A stretch of DNA of 20,000 nt from an uncultured virus (IMG/VR IMGVR_UViG_3300020197_000011). Taxonomy: Duplodnaviria; Heunggongvirae; Uroviricota; Caudoviricetes. Shown here piece after piece: positions 1 through 8,600 of this stretch. The DNA is taken from IMG/VR virus record IMGVR_UViG_3300020197_000011, one strand, 5' to 3'. The notes below the pieces were generated by a model. The model saw only the letters and a list, made by a program, of their open reading frames with translations. It did no database searches and was not told the origin of the DNA. Each line of letters begins with the position of its first letter. Position 1 is the stretch's first letter. Both the position numbers and the translations under genes were made by a program.

Positions 1-1376
1 GTTCCAAAAGGATTCTTTTCACTAAAATCAATAATTTGATCAGATTCTTCTTCAATTACATCATTCTGTGCATAAGGATCGACAAGATTATATGCTTGAA
101 CCTTCCTTAATTTATAAGATGCTGATGATGCTGTTCCAACAACAACATCACCATCTACAAAATCTTTTGTGATTTTGTAAACTTCTAATGCGCCAGTTGT
201 AGCATTCCAAGACTTAACTAATGCGGATGCTCCACTTATACTGCCAGTAACCGTTTCGTTAATAACATAAGTTCCAATACCGATCATATATGGGGATCCA
301 ATTGTAATTGTAGGTGCAACAGTATATCCGAGGCCTGCGTTAGTGATTGTAATTGACGTAACCACACCAGCAGTATTAATTTTTGCTCTACCTGTTGCTG
401 TAATACCTGTTCCAACTGGAGCCGCGCTAAAAGTAATGATTGGTGGAGTCGCATATCCACCACCACCACTTGTGAGATTTATTGCTCCCACAATACCATC
501 ACCAATAGTTGCTGTTGCCGCGGCCCCTGCACCACCTCCACCAATAAAAACAACAGATGGTGCTACAGTATATCCAAATCCAGGGTTTGTAAGTTCAACT
601 CCCTGAACTTTTAATGCACTTGTACCATTACAATCTACAAGATTACCAATCATTGTAGCGATACCAATTGCAGTTTGTCCTCCTGATGGAGCAGATGAAA
701 TTGCAACTGTTGGAGTTGATTTGTATCCACTACCTCTATTAGTGATCGTTATAAATCTAACGCCACCATTAACTACATTAGTAGTCGCTGTTGCAGTTGT
801 ACCAACTCCAACTAAAGTGAGTGTTTGAATATAACCATCATTTTCTACATTATCGTCAATTTCTTCAATTCCAGTATCAACGACTTCATCTTCATATCTA
901 AAGAGTTCACACCTCAGTTCATAAACATATGTTTTTTGAAGTTGATAAAATGGTTTTTCTTGCTCAACAAATTTTATTTCAAATAATCTATCGCCTAATG
1001 GAAAATAAATTAAGTCCCCCTCTTTGGGACGAGTTGATAATTTAATATTTGGTAAATTTTGAATCAATGGAGTAATATAATTTTCAAATCTGTCTTTTGA
1101 AATAATTAAAGTTAAATCTGTGAGTGGTTGAATTCCAAATTTTGATAAAATTGTTCCTTGTCCTTCATATCCTTCATAAGTATCAACATATGCTTCTAAT
1201 GGATATGCATTATCAAATTTTGATTCGATAACTTCTTTAATAATCGTTTTTTCCGTTACATATTGACGAGGAAGATAATGAATATCAACACCATACATGC
1301 GGAGTTGTTCATTGATCAAATCTTGAATCAATCCTTGTTCGTTTTTTGATCCCTGTAAAAAAAATGGATTGAGCAT
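1..1376 (-). CDS. gp14: T4-like neck (head-tail connector) protein gp14, enlarged cyanophage form; 3' end just outside the window
   Basis: Hand translation from ATG at 1376 gives MLNPFFLQGSKNEQGLIQDLINEQLRMYGVDIHYLPRQY...SKFGIQ...RPKEGDLIYFPLGDRLFEIKFVEQEKPFYQLQKTYVYELRCELFRYEDE, then a Gly/Thr-rich insert, ending ...DQIIDFSEKNPFG at the window edge. 458 codons without a stop. RPxEGDLIYFP, PFYQL and terminal DFSExNPFG are gp14-type motifs. Starts 1 nt after the gp13 stop. Confidence 0.93.
   Translation of the reverse strand, partial: MLNPFFLQGSKNEQGLIQDLINEQLRMYGVDIHYLPRQYVTEKTIIKEVIESKFDNAYPLEAYVDTYEGYEGQGTILSKFGIQPLTDLTLIISKDRFENYITPLIQNLPNIKLSTRPKEGDLIYFPLGDRLFEIKFVEQEKPFYQLQKTYVYELRCELFRYEDEVVDTGIEEIDDNVENDGYIQTLTLVGVGTTATATTNVVNGGVRFITITNRGSGYKSTPTVAISSAPSGGQTAIGIATMIGNLVDCNGTSALKVQGVELTNPGFGYTVAPSVVFIGGGGAGAAATATIGDGIVGAINLTSGGGGYATPPIITFSAAPVGTGITATGRAKINTAGVVTSITITNAGLGYTVAPTITIGSPYMIGIGTYVINETVTGSISGASALVKSWNATTGALEVYKITKDFVDGDVVVGTASSASYKLRKVQAYNLVDPYAQNDVIEEESDQIIDFSEKNPFG
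300..800 (-). repeat. Four degenerate protein-level repeats (IxIxNxGxGYxxxPxV) inserted in gp14
   Basis: ITITNRGSGYKSTPTV, VELTNPGFGYTVAPSV, INLTSGGGGYATPPII and ITITNAGLGYTVAPTI, spaced roughly 40-50 aa apart. Confidence 0.8.
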
Positions 1377-1377
1377 T

Positions 1378-2223
1378 TTATCCGATCATGTCCAGTGGGG
1401 GTAATTCGTATGTACTGGACATTCTCTCCATAAGAATATCTAGTTCTCTCTGAGCATCGTCATATATCTGTCTTCCGTTCAATTCAACTCCTCCAGGAAG
1501 TTTGACTCCTTGGAATTTAATTAAATTTTGTCCCCACTGACGTTTAATCAACGCTGTTAAGTATGGTTTTAAGAAAGAATCATTCCACACTCGTGCATAA
1601 TCATTACCGTCCATTGTTCTCCAACAATCGATAATGATCCAATTTCCCACTGCTGCACTACCCCAATCAATATCTAAGTAAAGTCTATCTTGTCTTTTAT
1701 TAAACCTAATTTGTTTATCAGTTGTCAAAAGAAAATCAATATCTTCAAGATAAGTTTTAACCATTGCATAAGTTAACAATTCAGTAGATCCCCAATAATA
1801 AACATCGTTGAGAAACAACTGATATTTAACACTAAACATATTATGAGTAATACTATTAGTGCCGTCAAATTTATAAATTTTGTTTACTCCAATTACGGAT
1901 GGATGAACTGGCAAATAATTTCCATTCTCTTCATATTTAAATGATGTACTATATCCTACAGTTTCAGTTACAGTTGTGGTTGTAATGCCTACAGATCCAG
2001 ATGATCCACCTCTTGCTCTTCCTCTATCAATATCATCTTGTGTGATCTGATATTTCATATAAGTTTGATAGACACCATCAAAGTGTCTTTCTTGGAAGAA
2101 TTGAACTGCATCATCAACAAGATCTTCAATCTGCTCATCAGCAACATTGATCTCTAAAACTGGATAACCCAGTTTTCTTTTACAATAATCGATAAGCTCT
2201 TGTCGAGTAGATGGTTGTGCCAT
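1378..2223 (-). CDS. gp13: T4-like neck protein gp13
   Basis: 281-aa ORF with RQELIDYCKRKLGYPVLEINV...QIEDLVDDAVQFFQERHFDG and ALIKRQWGQNLIKFQGVKLPGGVELNGRQIYDDA...PPLDMIG, typical of gp13; directly upstream of gp14 as in T4. Confidence 0.95.
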   Translation of the reverse strand: MAQPSTRQELIDYCKRKLGYPVLEINVADEQIEDLVDDAVQFFQERHFDGVYQTYMKYQITQDDIDRGRARGGSSGSVGITTTTVTETVGYSTSFKYEENGNYLPVHPSVIGVNKIYKFDGTNSITHNMFSVKYQLFLNDVYYWGSTELLTYAMVKTYLEDIDFLLTTDKQIRFNKRQDRLYLDIDWGSAAVGNWIIIDCWRTMDGNDYARVWNDSFLKPYLTALIKRQWGQNLIKFQGVKLPGGVELNGRQIYDDAQRELDILMERMSSTYELPPLDMIG

Positions 2224-2387
2224 TAGAGTTGTGTCAAGACTTCTTGTTGTTTTAGATACAACTTAATATACATCCTTGAAAGGGTTTTCAAAGTTTCAAG
2301 ATCATTAATACTATCTATATCTCTTGAATGTTTCTCATATTCAAACATTTTATTAATATTTTCTAATGTAATACTATTTGGATCCAT
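2223..2387 (-). CDS. 54-aa helix-loop-helix protein, putative NblA-like phycobilisome degradation adaptor
   Basis: Below the ORF-track cut-off. ATG at 2387, TAA at 2223-2225. Translation: MDPNSITLENINKMFEYEKHSRDIDSINDLETLKTLSRMYIKLYLKQQEVLTQL. AGGAG lies 8 nt upstream and the stop overlaps the gp13 start (TAATG). It exactly fills the gap between its neighbours. The gene itself is well supported; the NblA resemblance is by eye only. Confidence 0.7.
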   Translation of the reverse strand: MDPNSITLENINKMFEYEKHSRDIDSINDLETLKTLSRMYIKLYLKQQEVLTQL

Positions 2388-2601
2388 TGATCATACTCCT
2401 GAGCAAATTTTTAATCTCATCTAAATCACTTTTCATAGAATTTACTTCATTTTCTAGAGACTGAATTTTTTCAAATTCAATCTCCTTAACACGTTTTTGT
2501 TCTAAGTAATTTTTATATTCAACCATGTTAACATTCAAAATTGCTTGAGTTTGTTCGTCACGAACTAAGTTGTCATGTCCGTCTACTTTAGAAAACATCA
2601 T
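2374..2601 (-). CDS. Small hypothetical phage protein (~75 aa) with C-terminal coiled coil
   Basis: The ORF track starts it at a TTG at 2616, inside the upstream gene. ATGATG at 2601/2598, 1 nt after the upstream TGA, is the more likely start. The N-terminal KVDGHDNLVRDEQTQAILN motif resembles small genes found after the large structural protein in T4-like cyanophages. Heptad pattern in IQSLENEVNSMKSDLDEIKNLL. Confidence 0.8.
   Translation of the reverse strand: MMFSKVDGHDNLVRDEQTQAILNVNMVEYKNYLEQKRVKEIEFEKIQSLENEVNSMKSDLDEIKNLLRSMINGSK
2396..2400 (-). promoter_or_regulatory. Shine-Dalgarno site (AGGAG) for the 54-aa ORF
   Basis: Minus strand reads AGGAG-TATGATCA-ATG (8-nt spacer), embedded in the 3' end of the upstream 75-aa gene. 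Confidence 0.7.
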
Positions 2602-2602
2602 A

Positions 2603-5600
2603 TCATGCGAGAGCAATAACTCTAAATTCTCTTAATCTTGGTGGATGAGCCTGATCTTGAGAAGATCCAATTAATTTAACACTAAAGTATCTAAACTCTG
2701 GTAAGTTATTAATAGTGAATTGATACTCTTTATATTCCAATTCAGGACTTAAGTTCTTAAAGTTTGCTGATTTTGCAATATTCTTGTCAGGAAGTCCATC
2801 ATTATTTGCTGAATCAATGATTGATCCAAGATTAGTTAAATTATTATAACCTGGGAATGGATAGTATACTGGAGTTTCATTTGGATCTTTCATGATGGCA
2901 TATAATGCTCTCAGATCGCTCAATTGATTTACATAACCAGCTGTGATAATCTTTAATGATGATGCAGGAACTTCAAGCGAAATTGCATTTGTAGCATAAA
3001 CAAATGCAGATGGATCGTCTTTCAAAGATGAAACTCTAAAGTCTGTAGCATAATTTGTGATTGGACTATTTACTCTATTGCTTGTAAGAATTACACTTAC
3101 CCTATCTAAGTCAATAACTGGAGAAATATTTTCATCAGCACTACTTAATTTCATATTCAATGTCAAAGATTTACTTCCTGGGAATGTTGCTGGGATAAGT
3201 TTAGTAGATTCGTTAATCTTAGATGCAATAATTCGAGGTGTTGAGAAGTAAGTGTTGCCATCCAAATTAATGGGTTCAAATCCTTGATCCAGATAGGACT
3301 CTTCGGTGCCATCAATACTACTACCACTAGTTGTTCTCACAGTTGCAGTAATATTAGTATTTGTCAACTTCATTGTTTGAATATTTGGTTTGATGATTTC
3401 AAACGGAATATTTTGAGTTGCATAAATGTTTGGGCCGCCAGCAGACTTAGTTTCATTAATATAAAGTCTTGGGAATGAAGTACTAACGCTCCTATCAACT
3501 TGTCCGTGTGGTGAAGATTCAGTCTTACCTGCCTGACTTGTATCTACTTTGATATAATAATAATCAAGATCTAAAGATCTATCTAAATCTGATGCATCTT
3601 GAAGAGTATGTGTTTTATTGATTCTTCTCAACGAAACACCATCAAGTTCATATTTAAATACTGGAGTTCCTGTAGTGTAAGTAAACGATTTGGTTTGATC
3701 AATTTGTCTTGTAATTCCAGTAAGAGTATTTCCACTTACACCTTCATAAGCAATAATTTCTTGATCAATTAATACATAACCTGGATTTGTAGAACTTACG
3801 CTTACGTTTTCAAATGTCTGGAAAATACTGATTCCCGTAATTGGATCAAGAATCATATCTGACAATGAAATTGATGCAGTAGAATCTTTAGCAACATCAG
3901 CAGTTAAAAATGATGGTAAAGAATCTGGATATACTCCAGAAATTGTAACATCATTGTTTAATGCATACATTCCATGATTCTTATGATTTACCTTAATGAA
4001 GGTTCCTTCCTTATCTTCAGAATCGACAGTAGCATAAGTTACCTCTACATTTCCTGCCGTTCCATTTAAGTTTGTGGATCCAATTCCTGTTGCAATATAC
4101 GCAATAGTGCTTCCTGCACCAGTTGTAAATGTTCCTTGAACATTATCAACGATCAGTTCATTAATTGCGTCAATTGATGAGACTGACAGTCTCAGGTTTC
4201 TTCCCAATACACTACCACCAAAATTAGTTGCAGTTAAAACATCACCAACTCTATATCCAGAACCTGGATAACTGATTGTGGCTGCTGTAGCTACATTGTT
4301 AATAATTGTAATTTTTGCAGTTGCGTCTCTTCCAGATCCTGTTACATTTGCAAGAGCAACGTCTGCAAAAACACCATCAGAATAACCGATACCTGCATTC
4401 ACAATTGTCATGGTTCCTGTTGCAGAACCGGCAGCACCTACATAATTGCCACTTGCATTTGAATTCGTTTGAATAATCGTATTTCCAAGAGTTAATCCAG
4501 TGTCTGTTACAGTTTTTCCTAATCCTATTCGGAGAACTCTTGAATTAAGTTCCAATGGATTTATAAGCAAGTTTGCAATTTGCTTGTTTCCAATATTTAA
4601 ATCTGGATTGTAGAAGTTGATGTCGCCAATTGAAGATGTATTAAACTCTGCCCTATACAGAGTCATCTTGAGATCTTCATATTGACTTGGATCCCAAGTT
4701 GATCCATTTTGAGACTTAAACAGAGATCCTAACAGAGGTTGTTGAGTAACAATAACTTGTTGAGACTCTGGGCCAGATGCCGTATCTGCAGTCGCTTCTC
4801 CCAATCTAGAAATCCAAACATTATATTCATTGGATTCTGAAAGAAGAACAATTGCATGTTCTTGTCCACCTTTCAAATAAACTGGTGAGGGGAAGACAAT
4901 AGTAGTTTTTACTGAACCATCATCTGAAACATTGATATCTTTTGGTTCTACCGCAATGGAACTTAATGGATAAACCTCAGATTTGGGTGTTCCCAATGTC
5001 ATTGGACGAAATTGAACAATGACTGGTAAAGTGTCATCTTTTGTTCTAAAGTAAAGATCAACTTTGGTTACAAAAATACCATTCTCTTCGTCAACAAAGA
5101 ACGATTGTGCGAGAGGATCCCAATAGCAGTATCCCCAACGTCCATATCTATACCAAGGATTATATCCAACAACATTAGATGATGCACTGGTTGATGTTTC
5201 AGTTATAGTTCTATTTTCAGTTAATGTTTCTGACGTAAACTCAGCACTTCTAGTTGAAACAATAGTTTCTTGGATTGTATCAAGTTTTCCTTGAGCGTAA
5301 TAACTTCCTTCGCCACTTGTATCAACTACACCGTCAATTTGAGAATTGACAGAACTACTTGTTAATCTAAAAGTTTTGGTTCCGGTTTCAAATGTTGGAT
5401 TTGTTGGTACATTTGGATTTGGAATGAGGAAAGATCCAATAACTGTTCCTACATTGTCAGTAACTAATCGAACATTATTAATTGTTGCCTCAGCACCACT
5501 AGTTTGTCCCCTCAATTTAATACCACTAACAACACTTCCATAGAAAGATCCTAAAGCCTGCTCAGCAAGACTTGAAACGTCTATATTAAGAATTGTAGAT

Positions 5601-8600
5601 GTGGATGAGTAATCTGAAGGTAATGCAGTGGTATTTTGTTGATCATATGGGTTTCTTACAAATATATCTATTGGATTATTAAATGGCCCATATTTATGAT
5701 TCGGCGCAGCAACTCTAAAAACAATAGACTCTAGAGTCGTTTGTGGAGTAAAATTTTCTGCAATTGCATTTAGTGGCAGTGATCCAACGACAGTTTCGCC
5801 AACTTCAAATACACCAGACTCCATGGTAATTTCGAGTAATTTTGGAGTGATATATGTGTTAACGTCTTGTCCATCAAAGAACGAATATACTTGAGTAAAA
5901 GGCCTAAATCTCTTTCCTGTAAACTCAACGTTTCGAGATCTCATGTACTGGAGCATCTCACTGGATACTACAGAATCTCCTAAAGATTCGGTAGTAACTC
6001 TTTCATGCAATTGTAAACGAGTACCAGATCTTTGCTGCTGCTTTGTGGTTGTTGCGGTTGTTGTGGTTGTTACTAAAGCGCCGCCCCACCAGCCGCCCCA
6101 CCATCCACCATAACGGGGATGTCCTGCATAATATCCATAATATCCACCATACCAACCATAATATCTTCCCCAACCCCAATATGGCCAACCATAACCATAA
6201 TATTGAGCCGATTGGGATTGTGATGATGTAGTTCCACTCCAAGTTGTCTCCCAAGCACCCCAAGTTACTGGACTATATCCTGTTTGAGGATCCCATCCTT
6301 GAGCAATTAATTGATCTTGTGTAGCTGTAAAGTTATCAATTTCAACACGCTTTGCATCAATTCTAACTTGATCAACCCAAGTATCTGATGATGGGAACAG
6401 TTCAATTTGTCCATTATATTTTGTAACTAAGAAAGGAGTGACATTAACAGATCTTGTAGCATATGGTTGAATAACTTTTTCAACATCAGTATAATCAAGA
6501 GTAATTAACTGTCCTGTTCTTCTAATATTATTACCAACCAAATCGGTTACAAATCTAGAATCTGCAGTAGGATCTACAGATTGTCCGATACCGATTAAGG
6601 ATTTAGAACCAATTAATAAGTCAACTTGAGTTGTGTATGGAGATGGACGCAACTCTGAGTTTACTGGATCAATACTATTTTTGATAATTGTTGATTTATT
6701 TTGAGAATTTGTTGTTGTAAAATCGTCAACAAAGAATCCAGATTTAAATCTATCAACACCCAAAGTATCTTTAATTGTTGTGTTTTGAGTAACTGTTTCT
6801 AAAAGATTTAAAGTTGTATATGACTCTAAATTTTTAATTCTTTCTTCAAGATTTGAGATATCTTTCATTTGATATCTCTTATGCTGTAAGAAGTTTATTT
6901 GTACTTTTGATACATCACACAGATATGGTGGTAATGTAATTGTAGCAACTTCTAATGCGTCTGGTAACGCTGGAGGTAATTCGGGATTTTCTGCAGGATC
7001 TCCTAAGTTTAATTGGAAAATTCCTTCTTTAGTTAAAAACAATCTATCAACTCTTGGAAGATAATGTGAATAACTTAATACAATAGATTCGTCTGATGCA
7101 AGAATATTTCTTCCACTATTGCCACTGATAGAAAATGTTCTTGATAAAAATTCAAATGGGGATCTAGTACCTTCAGTAGTTGTATAATTTGCAACTCTTG
7201 GCCTAATATCTAAAATATCTGTATTATTTACATTTGGTTTTGCAAATGCAACTGTACAATAATCGAATTGATTATAAGAATCTGCAGTTGTAATATCTCC
7301 CAAATCAGAAGATGCAAATCCTGCAGACTCAAAAATAATTTTTAATTTTTTTGATGGTTCTTTAGTGTTTGCTTTTCTAATTACCCTTACATAATTATAA
7401 ATTGTATCAGTTTGTCCATAATCCAATTCATAGTTGTTTAAAATGTTTGTAGATCCTAATTCAATAGTCTGAATGACTCCAGTGATTCCCGATTCTTTAA
7501 ATGTAACAACTTCGTTTTCTTGAAAGGTTTTTTCATTTAAATATAAAAAGTCAATTTTTAAATCATTATTTCTAGCAACATAAACGCCAACTGCTTTACT
7601 GGTTTTTCCAACAAATTGCTCACCAACCAATAAATCGCCCGTTTTTGCGGTTGGGCCATTTAATTGATTGAATGTAATTGCTGGAGTAATTGGATCGTCA
7701 GTATTATTTGATTCTAAAATTGCATATAAGAAAGTAACTTCTGGAGTATTCAGCGAAATTTCTTCATCCTGAACTCTTGTACCATATGGATATGATCCAT
7801 ATGTAAGTCCATCATTTAATGTCGTGGATCCAATCCCAGATGCACTTAACTTTGAATTATTAATAACTAAAGTATTGATTCTGTTTTTATTTTTTACTTT
7901 TGATGTAACATTAATTTTTCTTAATGTTGTAATTAATCTAGCATTTGTATCATTTGTCCCCAATCCAAAGATTGTAAGTTGCTTAGATTCACTATCAAAA
8001 ACCAACTTGTCGGAAGTTAAAACTTCAAATGTTCCATCTGAACGGGTTAAAACATATCTTTCTTCGTCAAAAGGTAAGAAGAACTCGTTAGTTCCTGCAG
8101 TAACAGTATTTGTCTGATTGCTCGTAATTGAAACAGAAAATTCTTTTCTAATGGTTAAATTTGATTCAGTCAAATCTACCGACATGACATATGATTTTGG
8201 AAGTTGAGTATATAAAGTATTGTCTGAAGAAATTTGGAACCTTGATCCAAGAATAGTTAAGTCAGTTACATTAGAAGATGTTGAAGGTGGAGATCCCTTA
8301 TTGATTCCCGTAACAGTAGTAATACCAGTAACTGTAATTGTTCTTGGTTCTATTGTTAATACTTTAGATAAAGTTGGAAGTGCAGAACCTGGGACTGTAT
8401 ATCCAACTAATGATCCAACTTTTAAATTATTTGTAAATGTAAAATCAGTTGATGTTGGAATTGTAATGCTACTAATACCTGCTGTTGATAGTGCAGTAAT
8501 AGAAGCAATTCCAACGTTGTAAACTGCTGATGGAATAATATCTCCGGTAAAGATAGTGCTAATACCACTTAATTGAGATACGGATTGTATATCTCTAGTA

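Noticed and set aside
284..469. 61-aa minus-strand Leu/Gln-rich ORF
   Set aside because: Alternative frame inside gp14's repeat region; composition is a by-product of the Ala/Thr/Gly codons.
1341..1364. Slippery-like heptamers (T TTT TTA and A AAA AAC) at the start of gp14
   Set aside because: The -1 frame reaches TGA within about 16 codons, no stimulatory structure is evident, and such runs are common in AT-rich DNA.
5099..6202. Diversity-generating retroelement variable region as the explanation for the aromatic loops
   Set aside because: No template repeat or reverse transcriptase in the window; the two loops are not nucleotide copies differing at adenines; abundant TGG codons do not fit AAY-derived mutagenesis.
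6003..6263. Three overlapping alternative-frame ORFs (hydrophobic W/L-rich, His/Asn-rich, Met/Val/Asp-rich) across the aromatic loop
   Set aside because: The low-complexity TGG/GGT/TAT sequence is poor in stops in other frames; non-ATG starts and no evident RBS. An overprinted membrane peptide (6003-6263) cannot be strictly excluded but has no positive support.
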